The notes beneath the pieces are model-generated. The model was not told the DNA's origin. It worked only from the letters and a program-made list of their open reading frames with translations, and did not search any database. From positions 1-60,525 of the forward strand of contig MCFE01000540.1 in the NCBI GenBank assembly GCA_002104905.1: a DNA stretch of 60,525 nt, given 5' to 3'. Made by a program: the position numbers and the translations under genes. Positions 14,978-26,452 of this stretch are shown here, piece after piece. Each line of letters opens with the position of its first letter. Positions within the stretch are counted from its first letter, which is position 1. The stretch comes from Basidiobolus meristosporus CBS 931.73. Lineage: Eukaryota > Fungi > Basidiobolomycota.

Positions 14978-17282
14978 ATGAGCAGCAAACACGCGCCAGG
15001 CACAATCGTTTGGGCCAAGATCAAAGGTTATCCCTGGTGGCCTGCTAAAGTACGTGTTAAAATTTCAGCACTTCAGCTTGCAGAAGCAATACCCATTGCT
15101 GCAATGCGCATTGTACACTAAACGCGATATTTAAGTCGAATGCTCATCCAGTATTTTCATGATATTATATAGATAAAGAAGGAGAGCGAAGTTCCTTCAG
15201 CCGTGTTGAAACAAAAACCTAACAGACCTATCCCAATTGTATCAGTAAAGTTCTATGGTACAAAAGATTAGTAAGTTGACTGTCTACTTTCTCCTATTTG
15301 TTGGTGTTTCCTTAAGTATCGTATTTATGTATATTTGTTGAACGCGTCTCTTCGTGTTTTAGTGGTTGGATTACTTCGGACAACATAAAACCTTTTGATG
15401 AGCATCTTCAAGAATTCAGCAAAGGCAGACGCGGGGTTCAATTTGACAGAGCAGTGAAGGAGGCTTCAAACCCGGACGCTCAAATGACTGACACTGAAGA
15501 GGAAGTTCAGGAGGCGGAGGAGGACGAGCTGGAGAGTGAAGAAGAGGCTGCCCCAAAGAAAACACCAAAACGTGGTGGGCGTAAGAAAGCTGAACCCCGC
15601 AGAAAAAGTCGGGGCAAAGCAGACTCAGATGATGCTTCTGAAAGTGAGCCTGTGAAAGACACTAAAGCAAAGAAAACACCAAACAGGAGAGCCTCCTCTG
15701 GTAGGCGCTCATCCAGGATCAAGCAGTCTGAGGTGGAGGAGGAAGAGGAGGGAGGTGAAGATGAAGACGAAGATAAGTTAGAGGAACGCCTTAGTACGCA
15801 TAAGAGAAAGAACCCGACATCTGAAGTATCCACACCTAAGAGAAGAAGAACATCACGAAAAGATAAATCTACCGAGGAATCGACAGAGCCCAAAGTGCAG
15901 GAACAAGAGCCTTCGACACCACAATCTGCAAAGCAGAAATCTAAGCCTCGTATGTTGAGAGTACTTATGTGACCATCTTCTATTTGCTGAACGCGTAATG
16001 TATATAGGGTCACCTAGCCAGAAGCTGATGCATCTTCGCCATAAATTGCAGAAGTTAACCATGAAAGACGTTATTGGCGTGAGTTTCTCGTCCTATTACG
16101 ATTTCACTCTGTTGTCAGGTTTCATACCTGTTCGCTCCTTTAGGATATGAGTGTGATCGATTCGTTGCTGAAGGAGGTGGAGAGCTTTGACATGAACCTT
16201 TCTCTGCTAAGAGTAAGTATCAAGTGGTTAATACAGAAGGCGTGGACTTTCTAAAGGCAGATGTATTTTAGGAAACAAAGATCGGCAAATTGATGAAGAG
16301 GGTATCTCAGCTAGAGTTGGATGAAGATCCTTTCGACGTCAAAGACAGAGCCTATATGCTCACCAAAAAATGGAGATCGTTGTTAATTGAAGATGTACTC
16401 TCAGACAAGCAACAGGCCAATGAGGATGAAAGCGAGAAGCTGGACGATGATGGTGATGCTGACCCCGACAACAGCACGATGGACATTGATCAAGAAGAAT
16501 CCAAAGCAGAAGGTGTTCAGGCAAAAGATGTTGACACCGGGTCTGAGGCTGAGACTGAAGTTGAAAATCAGCTTAGTTCTGGTGGTCCGGACGAAGACGA
16601 GGACATGCAAGTCCGCAAAGAGGCAAACCAAACGGAGCCCAAACCTGCCACTAATTGCGACGATCAGCCAGGTAGTGTTGAGGGCATTGTGGGCACAAAA
16701 GTGGAAGACGATCGTACTCAAGATCCTTCCAAGGCTGATCAGCCACCCATACCTGAAGTCAAAGACCCCTCAGCGAAGGATGAGGTAACTGACAATATCA
16801 ATTCCGAGGCCGAAGAGGGGCAGGCTGAAGTTGTCAGTAACAATAGCGAAATTAATACTGAGGTTGTTCAAGATGGCCAATATATCGATGATACTGCTTC
16901 ACAAATGGATGTTGAGACCACCCCGAGGGAAGCCGAAGCCAGGGAGCCGGAGCCTACAGAAAAAACGCCTTTACCTGAGGTTGTCGTACACGGCAAAGAC
17001 AGTCGGGAGGAAATACAGCAAGACATCAAAGCAGATATTCCCACTGAAGAGTCACAAAATACAGGGCCTTCTGGCAATGAAGCTGTCTCTCAAGACACCC
17101 TAGGCAATCCTAACAATGTAACACCAGTCGAGTCTGGATGCACATTGGACTCTGAAGTAGCGACCGGTCTGCCACAGCCTGACGAAAAAGCCTCCAAGCC
17201 GGACGACGAAAAGCCAGCGCAGCCCTCGAAAGCTCACAATGAGATTCCTGAAGCTCCGCAAGGCGAAGAAAAGGCTGAGTAA
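14978..17282 (+). CDS. PWWP-domain protein with a TFIIS-N/LEDGF-IBD-like helical domain and an acidic disordered tail (Pdp3/HDGF-like)
   Basis: MSSKHAPGTIVWAKIKGYPWWPAK|IKKE...VKFYGTKDYGWI. Later spliced exons give KLMHLRHKLQK...LLRETKIGKLMKRV...AYMLTKKWRSLL. Five introns; stop TAA at 17280-17282. Confidence 0.8.
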
Positions 17283-18432
17283 CTTACTAATTCGCTTATG
17301 GTAATTCATTATTCGTCCATGTTAATTTTGCAGACTCCACCCCTTCCTTTACCTTATTCTCATGGTTAATTTGATGTATATGTGATGAAAAGTAGATCTT
17401 TACCTTTACGTTGTTGTTTTTAGTTCATTCCCTGTTTACACTTTTTCTGTTCGAAGCTATTTATCGTATCGTGGACCATTACGAGAGGGTATTTTTGTCT
17501 GTGCGTCATTCTACACTGCGGTTGCCCACCACCTTTCGAGATCAACAACAGAGTGTGCTATGGGCAGGTTCTGATTACTCATGCTTGATTGAATCTGAAA
17601 TGCACGTCTCAATTTATCCTGTGTACGATAATAATTAAATAAATTAACTATATTACGCTAACTGCGATTGCACCGCAATCCAACCAGTGGAATCGTAGAC
17701 CTTGGGTGGCTGAATTTATGCTTGTTGCGATGACTGTTCCTTTACTCTTAATTTTTCTTTACCGCTTTTGCCCTTCGGCGGGTTGGTACCACGCTGGATA
17801 TCCTTCTATACTTTGTGGTAACCAATAACACTCCTAGCGCACGATAATTGAAGTTCAGGCGTAGATAATATCGAAAGCAATTTCTTGGAGCCTAAAGCTT
17901 GGAATATATGAGAAGGGGCAAGCATCTTGGACACAAGTTGTGGACTGGTTTATGACTTCCCTCAAAATGCATAAATTAGATGCACCAAAACATCCCTTTT
18001 ATTTATAAGCGTCCAAAGAGCAATTGTCGTTAATTATGTAGCGAGAACAGTTAACTTATCTTTTCGTTTTCTTCGGGCTTGTACAAACCACCAAAACTTC
18101 GTACTTGACTTGACTTCAGGGAGCGTGCTCTGAGGGTAGTTAAGCTTCCTACTATGATATACTCCACTTCATTGCGCTCCATTTCTGTTTCTCATCAGCT
18201 TGAAGATTCCTTTGTTACGATATCTCATCTTTTCCTAAATCATCTTTAGGGTTTCACTGAAGTGCATGTAAACCATACTACAAACTCCCTGACACATGTT
18301 CGCGTCAATGCTCGACAATGTGGTATGATACATATATTCCATTGGTTCGCTTATTGTATGTCCTTGAAGGTGTCTTTATTTACGTATTTTTATCTCGTAA
18401 GACACAGCGGTTTCCTCAGGTATATACCTGCA

Positions 18433-20547
18433 ATGAAGCGTTCCCCGGTCAAGTACGGCTTCGGTTACCTTGTATTGACCGGATGCATGAGCGATGTACC
18501 TGGGAGATGGAATACATCGTTGATTGAGCTTTACTAGAAAGTCGATTTCGGATGCATCCCAACCTGTGGACTTGAGGCCTGCTACCTCGCCGGCCGGCAG
18601 ACGGCCAAAGGGAAGTAAGTCCATCGATTTCACACCGCCAGCGTCGCCTATAATTGGCCAAGCGCCGCAATCTCTAAGTGCACGAGCCTCAGCGTCTAGT
18701 GTGGGTAAGGAAGGTGTATCAGCCTCAAAAGCCACCACTTCCAAGAAGGAATCGCGAAACTCGTCAACTCCTATGCCATCGCAAAGCCCTAGACGTAGTA
18801 GTGCTTCACCGGCAGCCAAAGTCACGGGGAAAGACGCGAACTCAATGGACGAGGTTGCCCATAAGCATTGTCAAAAGATCTTCAAGAAGCTGTGATCAAA
18901 CCTGTCGTCTGAACCGTTTCAGCTACCAGTCGATCCGGTCATGTTGAATATCCCCACCTATACAGAGATTATCAGAGAGCCATTGGATCTGAAGACAGTC
19001 AAGGACAAACTGGAGGGAGATAAGTACGCTTCACCTAGAAGCTTTGAGAAGGACGTTCGTCAAATCTTTTTCAATTGCTTCTTGTTTAATCAACCCGACA
19101 CTTGGGTGTTCGAGGAGGGCAAGCCTATGGACTTGGGAACGATTAAGGATAAGTTAGAGAACGATCAATACCGAACTTGGGTGGATTTTAAACCGGATGT
19201 TCGATCGATCTTTAATAACTGCTTCACTTTCAATCCTCCTGGGACAAATGCCCACGAAGAGAGCCAGTATTTAGAGGATTATTTTTTCGAACGGTACCAG
19301 GAGTTGAAGAGCACGTTGACAGCCATCCCCGAAGTGTCAAAGACGCCATCTAGAGAGCCAGAGTCAATGTTAGAGGCTGCCACCATGAGACCGGAACAAC
19401 TGAAGCTCTGTGAAAAAATCCACAAAAAAATAAGCGGAAACAAGAATGCCGCTGTTTTCTTGGAGCCTGTAAGTCATGATGGTACCTTAGATTCAAGCTT
19501 GATCCAAATATGCTAACCACTAAACAAGGTCGACCCTATTGCCATGGGTATACAGCATTACCTTTAGGTGGTTCGCAACCCAATGGATTTCAGCACGATC
19601 CACAAGAAGCTGAAGAAAAGAGAATACTCGGCCCCATCTGAATTTGAAATGGACATACGCCAGATCTTTGAGAACTGCGTCACCTTCAATGGGCCGCAGC
19701 ACTACTATTCGCAACAGGCAATGCTGCTGGAGAAAATATTGGACGAGGAAATGCTTGCTTTCCAAGATTTGAAACCCAACATCAAGCAAGGAAGCGTTGG
19801 TAGTAGAAAGTCAAGCAAGCAGCCAAAAAAGGAAACCTCTGCTGCTCATGCCACTATTCCCTCCTCGCGTCGCGGCCCTCAAGTGTCCATTTCGCTCGCC
19901 CCGAAAACTCTGGTTGGGTTGGCGCTAAAGATGTGTGAGAGCGTGATTGCACGAATCAAACCCCATCCTGCTTTCCAGCCTTTTCAGGCCCCAGTAGACA
20001 CCGTAGCGCTGGGCATTCCCAACTATCATAAGATCATAAAGCAGCCCATAGATTTCGGCACAATCGAAGGCAAGCTTCGGAACCGAAAGCACCAGAGTCT
20101 TGAGTAGTTTGTGTCCGACTCTCAACTCGTATTCGTCAATTGTTATGCTTTCAACGTCCCAGGAGATGCTGTCTACGTGAAGGGCCAAGAATTACAAAGG
20201 GCTTTTGGGAAAGCTTGTAAGAAGTATGGCATATTGAACGCCCTGGAAAATCCAACTCAAGAGCCAAGGGCTGTAAAGCGGGATCGTTCCGAGGAAACGG
20301 AACAGTATGAGGTACGTAGTGTACGCTGGATCTCGTAGATACGTCCATTTTAATCTTTCTCTTGTAGCACTCCCACGAGCGAAAACGTAAAAAAGAGAAA
20401 AGGGAAAAAAGAAAGCATCAGCGTAGCGATCATCTCGATGGACAAGGTGCTGAGGAGGATTTTTCCGATCCCGAAAACTGCAAGGCCACGCCACCACAAG
20501 CTTCGCCTCCACCTCAGGTTCGGCTGAAGATCATATTAAATCACTGA
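18433..20547 (+). pseudogene. Multi-bromodomain (four BET/GTE-type bromodomains) gene with three in-frame stops and an internal deletion
   Basis: One reading frame (introns near 18453-18537, 19469-19528 and 20311-20367) is interrupted by TGA 18893-18895, TAG 19565-19567 and TAG 20105-20107. All four domains keep the NCxxFN motif. BD1 lacks its last helix and is fused to the middle of BD2 at about 19120. Confidence 0.8.
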
Positions 20548-22141
20548 GCTTGGCCGGTTCAAGTACATCGATGCATACCCATGAGGATGCAGCACATCTG
20601 GCAAATTACGACCTCATGGTGAGCCAGCATTCATCTCCAGAGCTAGATGGTTCATTCTTTCACGGATGATTTGTACCCTTAGCAGTGAGCACCTCAGTTG
20701 CATGCCAGTTCGTGCCTCATCATCGTGAATATAGCACCCACCACTGTAAATAGATATAAAATCTATACGTAACTACAAGAGCCAGATAATTGCGGTTACA
20801 CCAGCAAGGAAGTTCATTGAATTGGTAGAGTATTTATTATGAAGAGATTATGAAATCCAACAGCATTACATGTCGATATTATCAGGTAATATTCATCACT
20901 GGAGCTAGGATATCGAATACCGTCCAGTGGGGGATTGTAGATTATTATAGCACAGCCAAATCGAAACAAAACTCCAAGGCAACGTAGAAAGCTTAACCAT
21001 TTATCGAGATCGGCCTATCCAGCAAAATCAGCGCTCTGAGTGGAAAGGTGCTTAGGAAGCCAAACTTGGAGGGATCGGAAAATTTGAATATCTCCGCTTT
21101 AGAGCAGAGATCCAACACGGGCTTGGCCCTTTCCGAGTTAGCCATCGACAATTGCTCAATCAGTTTGGGGGTGATCATATTAGGCTTCGCGGAGCAATTA
21201 TGTTAGATAGATTAGTTACTGCCAGAGTAGCGCGACAAAATCGGATTAGTTTTGGAACAGAAGGAATGGGTGTTGATGTTTACCCTCACCTGAAGGCGAA
21301 TGCCATTTTATACAGCCAACTCATGCAGCCTCAATGTGGATGAGCTTGGTATGTAAATTTATGCAGCATGCACATATTCCAGAGATTATCCAGCATTGCC
21401 CAAGCCCTTAGTTCAGGCTCGCTAGATGGTTGCCAGGCTGAAGGTAGCATGTTGAGCTTTACACAGCACTACGCACAAGGCCTGCTGGGTGGAGCGACTG
21501 ATGAAGGCAGGCATGGGATATATGACATTAAGCCAAGTCCCTTCGCTATGGACTTCACACGCCCAGTGATCCTTCTCTTTCTGGACCAATACAACATATG
21601 TAGCCAGATGGCAGCCACCAATCCCTGCACCAGCCCCCCTTTTCTGATGCTGGGAATTGATGTGGTAATTGAGGCTCTGATGGCATAACAGTACTGGATG
21701 CCCTAATCCAAAACACTCTCCCAGAGTTAGGATTTTGCCAAGGTTTCATACCAAGAAATAAGAAAACCAGTGTCTGGTCCCTGGGTTACGTGAAAAATCG
21801 ATGGATTCGTCACCTGCTGGAATTCCAGCTTTCATATGGACTCATTCCAAACACCATGTTCGTTATCGCGTAGCATTATTGGCGAAGAGATACTTTCACA
21901 AATCTGGTGTAGCCGAGAGGTTGCTGTGCAGATGCTAGTACTCACTGTGGTAGGCCTTGCCAGCGATTGAACACTGAGTGCATGGCTCTCATTGGCCCTA
22001 CCGAATCTAGATGTTGCTCGATTTAGACAGGTGTCTTGCAACTGCCGTGCTATATGAATGCAATGCTGGCCTTCCGTTTCATCCTTCAAACGCTGGACGT
22101 GTTGTCTTGTTTACTTCTAGGGCCACTTGGGTCTCCAGGAC

Positions 22142-22774
22142 ATGGAAAGAGTTGGGAAGAGCTTTCTTTTTCCCGTGTTTCTTTTCGTTGTACAGGCCAT
22201 CGCACTTATCACCTTCTCCGTATACTACTACCACCTGCTACCCAACAAAGTCCCATTCTTCTATGACACTGAGGGACGAGGGGTATTCGTGCATCACAAA
22301 AAGCTATTCTTCTCGCTGCAGCTACTGGTTTTCTTTGTGATATGTACCACTCTACTGCTCCTGGCTGCGCTAAGCCTTACTACACTCCCTATGAAACATC
22401 TCGAGGCCCTGATGAGGACCGACCGCTGCGAGACCTATGAGAGGACGCTTCGAGAGTTTGTGTGCAAAAGCATCCTCTGGACTTGCGTGTTTACAGCCCA
22501 ATTCCTGCTCGAGGCGTATCTGGTCAACTTCGAGGTATGTCCATTCACCAACCCAAGTACAGCTTGTGACCCCTATTCAATCATATTTCCAAAGATGGCT
22601 CATAGAAATTCAACCGAGATATTTTATTGGTTCTGGCTGGCAGTGGGAGCGTTTCTCGTTGAGATGGTGGGACTGATTCTATATCGGTACTACCGCTATC
22701 ACTGTTACTATCGGAATTATACACAAGGAGAGCCATACCAATCGGAGGGCCATATTCCACCTCAATTACCATGA
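22142..22774 (+). CDS. DUF1648-like multi-pass membrane protein (paralog A)
   Basis: TM helix followed by YYYHLLPNKVPFFYDTEG, resembling the DUF1648 'LP..vP.h....G' motif; three more hydrophobic segments. Probable 60-nt in-frame intron at 22535-22594. Confidence 0.65.
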   Translation: MERVGKSFLFPVFLFVVQAIALITFSVYYYHLLPNKVPFFYDTEGRGVFVHHKKLFFSLQLLVFFVICTTLLLLAALSLTTLPMKHLEALMRTDRCETYERTLREFVCKSILWTCVFTAQFLLEAYLVNFEVCPFTNPSTACDPYSIIFPKMAHRNSTEIFYWFWLAVGAFLVEMVGLILYRYYRYHCYYRNYTQGEPYQSEGHIPPQLP

Positions 22775-23051
22775 GAGTGATCAAACTGACGAACTTGGCG
22801 GTTGGTGGCCCAGTTTCGGAAGTCATTGTACATACCTGGAAGGACATCACGTATCCCTATCACCTACCAAGAAAATAAAGTGCACCACTGCCGTTCCAAC
22901 CCACTTATTTACAAGCCGTTGACTGGCTGGGTTGGCTATACACTTAGCTTGGGTGCAGCATTGAAAGCCAAGAAAGGCCCCCGACTAAGAGTATCGGGAC
23001 CGTGGGCTTATGGAGAACACAAGGCCATGTCAGAGTCATCTTTCAGTCTCG

Positions 23052-23676
23052 CTATATGAAACTCGAGTGCTCATACGAGTCCCAGGTACGGTGCTCTTTC
23101 AAGGCACTACGAAATCGGAAGAGGAGGATCAAGAAGGTGACCAAGAGCTCAATTGAAAAAAGGGCAAAAAACATCCAAAACATCCAAAAAATCTCGTCTT
23201 TTTCTCGCTTCGCGATCTAAGAGGGGAGGTTAACCATCAGTCGGACCGTAAGTGAGAACAGGGACGATTACCTCAAACGACAAGGTATGTATTTCCAACA
23301 ACAGCTGGGCAGTAAACACTGCAAACCAGAGGGTGGCCTTAGCTACCAACCCATGAAATAGCTTGAGCGAGCCAGGGTTTTCCTTCTCTGCCTTTGCCAC
23401 ATCACCTAGCCCTCTGGCGTATTTCAAAGGGATCCTCGGAACGGCGAACAGGGCTAGGGCAACTAGCGCATAAACAAGAGGGAAGAATAGAACCATCTTG
23501 ACGGCATAATAGCCTATTTTGTCCTGAAACTTCGTCGGATGGCCCTCGTTGTTGAACCCTATCGCCACTTCTTGAGGAAGGCTCGAGTAGTAAAAGACCG
23601 AGATGGTCACCAAGATGATGCTTTGCAGTAGCACCACGGCCAAGGGGATAAGAAATGTTCGCATAAAGGAGGGCAT
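23052..23676 (-). CDS. DUF1648-like multi-pass membrane protein (paralog B)
   Basis: YYSSLPQEVAIGFNNEGHPTKFQDK and FTAQLLLE (FTAQFLLE in A). Intron 23217-23271 joins a second exon IAKREKDEIFWMFW...SSFI* that aligns with the end of paralog A. Confidence 0.7.
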
Positions 23677-25164
23677 TTTAGGGAAGACTGTTTAGTTGAA
23701 CTTGGAACGAGCCCAGCGGGCGGTGCGGGCAAGAGGAAACAGTTATAGAGGAGGTGAACACACAGCAACTAGAAACGTCAAAGGCGATAGTATCATCCAA
23801 GAATTAGAAAAACCAAGGCGACATGACAACCATATGGCCCTCCATGCCCGACGAAGCCATCCATATATCCATTGCGACGACAATCTCGATTCTTCCCCTC
23901 CCTTACGATTATTCTTGAACAATGTGGATGCGCAGCTCCTAAATCCACTCCTAAATTTCCTTAATCCCAATCCTTAATGAAACCATATTCATGTTGATTG
24001 CACCAATGCCCCACTAATGCCTGTGCCAAGGTGAGTAGCCAATCACGCGGACATGCCATTTAAGTAGCCAGTCCATGCACCGCTCAAGGGCAACCATTAT
24101 GATATGCTACGGTCGCACTGGCTTTTCTGCGGTGGAACAAATCTGCAAGTGCGGGGCTAATCGTCACTCTGTGAAGCGCTCGAAGGCGGAACCAGTTAAG
24201 CCGGTGCGTAGGTGAATTTATGAAATTCCATTTTCTGCATCGGCAAACCGGCTTGGGGAATGCGTGCGCATAGCCTTGGCGTCGGAACCTGGCAACCACG
24301 GCGAGAGCAGGGAGACAAAGGGAAGCCAGCTGCAGGAGAGGTCGCAGTCCAGCAACCGGGATGATTGAGCCATCACTGGATTCGCTTGGATGACTGCCCA
24401 GGTGGATTTCGTCGTGTAACCCGAAGGGTGAGTGAAGCATCAGACTATCTCCCGGCCTCGCGCCATAAATGGCAATGAATAGAATTAGAGTTTACTTTTC
24501 TGTTGCCGTTAAGAGCTTAAGCTGGGTGGGCATATGTCAGAGTGACCTGACCCGCGTGAATTTCGTAATCAATGGCTTAGAAAACACTAATTGAGGCCCC
24601 ACCAACCAGAGGGAAGTGCAAAGGGATTCATGTTGCACAGTGGAATGTTTTGCGCGTGAGCGGGCATTCTGTCTTTTTGGGCCTGTATGGTGTTGCGTGA
24701 CGCCGATAAACATTAATGAAGGCGGTACTTGCATGATCCCATTCGGATTCGTCGACAAGTGGTCGAGCCGGTGGCCTCGGGTTTCTTGGGACCGCAAAGC
24801 TGCGATCTGGGTGGGATATGGTCATTACCATGGCAGCGGGTCGCGTTTGCATGCCAACGTCAAGACATGAGAGATATAACGTAGAAATCATTTCGACTCC
24901 GAGTGCGATTAGTTCTAGAGCGTCCTATCTGAGGAATCAATTCTCCCCAAATTTCCACCATCAATCGTCCAAAGATTCTGGCCAATCACCCATGAATTGT
25001 AGCCAATCATGGCCCGTCGTTGCGCAGGAATGGTTGCTGTCAATACGTTGCTGGTTTGGAAGCTTCCTTAGGATAATTGAGGTCACTCATGGTCTCAAAA
25101 AGAATTGTGGCTCAACGCTGGCCAACGCCCACCTGGAATGATGTCTGCCAGCGTCCTCGGAGAT

Positions 25165-25232
25165 GGGGATAGGGGATAGGGGGAGGGATAGGGATAGGGA
25201 TTGGGTCAGGGTTAGGGTTGGGTTGGGTTGGG
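25165..25232 (+). repeat. G-rich run of 12 G3-G5 tracts (GGGATA / GGGTT units)
   Basis: GGGGataGGGGataGGGGGaGGGataGGGataGGGattGGGtcaGGGttaGGGttGGGttGGGttGGG, about 410 bp upstream of the RHO1 ATG. Confidence 0.85.
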
Positions 25233-25645
25233 CTACCAATTCATTGTTGTTGTTGCTGCGCTTTGTTTGCCTTAGATGGCAGATAGCTCCCTCTTTTTAA
25301 ATCTATTTTTTTAGATGCACCCTAAACTTCCCAGATTTCAGTCCCCACTTTGAAACTGCTCGGCTCCCACATTGTTCATCTACCCCTTCCTTACCTGGTC
25401 CACCTTAATCTCCGCCCTTGGATTCAATTCCCCTTGACTCTTTAGTTTTCACTACTACTCCAACTGTGCTGCTATATTTGTTCTGGTAAAGCCCATCCCA
25501 CTCTGTTCCCTCATCATCTATACCATCCCACCCCCCTTTGTGCCCCTTTCCCATCTACCTCCTCTTTGGATCCTACCTTTGCGCTGCGCAACCGTATTAA
25601 ACTTGTTTTTCCATCTCATAATAGAATTAAGCAACAACCCAAAAC

Positions 25646-26452
25646 ATGTCCGAAATTCGTCGCAAATTAGTAATCGTTGGTGATGGTGCTTGTGGTAAAA
25701 CCTGTTTGTTGATCGTTTTCTCGAAGGGTACTTTCCCTGAGGTAAATCCCCTTCTTCTGTCCCTCTGGCCGACCTAGTTCCTGGTCAGTGTCGGAGGGCC
25801 CGTTTCTCTTGGTGCGTCTTCACTCATCTCTCTTCCTGATTAGGTATATGTCCCCACCGTCTTCGAGAACTACGTCGCTGACGTTGAGGTTGATGGTAAA
25901 AGAGTTGAGCTGGCTTTGTGGGATACTGCTGGACAAGAGGATTACGATCGTCTTCGTCCCCTCTCCTACCCCGATTCTCATGTTATCTTGATCTGCTTCT
26001 CCGTTGATTCCCCCGATTCTTTGGAAAACGTCCAAGAAAAGGTAACGCCTTCCGTCTTTGGCATTTCTTGGCTCTGTTTCTAACCCATCTTGCGCTAATA
26101 GTGGATCTCAGAGGTGCTTCACTTCTGCGCTGGTCTTCCCATCATCCTTGTTGGATGTAAGAAGGACCTGCGTAACGACCCTAGAACCATCGAGGAGCTC
26201 AGGAAACAAGGCCAATCCCCAGTTACCGTTGATCAGGTATGTGTCCTTTGCACCGACCATTTTCCCCGTTTCAAACACTGACCTCGTGAACCACTCAAGG
26301 CCAATACCGTTGCCACCAAGATCGGGGCATACAAGTACTTGGAATGCTCCGCCAAGGAGAACGACGGAGTTCGTCAGGTGTTCGAGCACGCCACCCGCGC
26401 CGCTCTCCTCACCAAGACTAAGCAAAAGAAGAAGGGATGTTTGGTTCTGTAA
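25646..26452 (+). CDS. RHO1: Rho family GTPase Rho1
   Basis: [48 protein letters not shown], and a polybasic CAAX end KKKGCLVL. Three introns. Confidence 0.97.

Noticed and set aside
18893-20107. Genome-wide stop-codon reassignment (TAG or TGA as sense) to explain the bromodomain stops
   Set aside because: TAG terminates ADE13, the RSC-like gene and the GUCD1-like gene, and TGA terminates the kinase, all at plausible C-termini. No other host gene here has internal stops.
25205-25232. Interstitial telomere
   Set aside because: Only one true TTAGGG unit; the rest are GGGATA/GGGTT variants in a gene-dense region.
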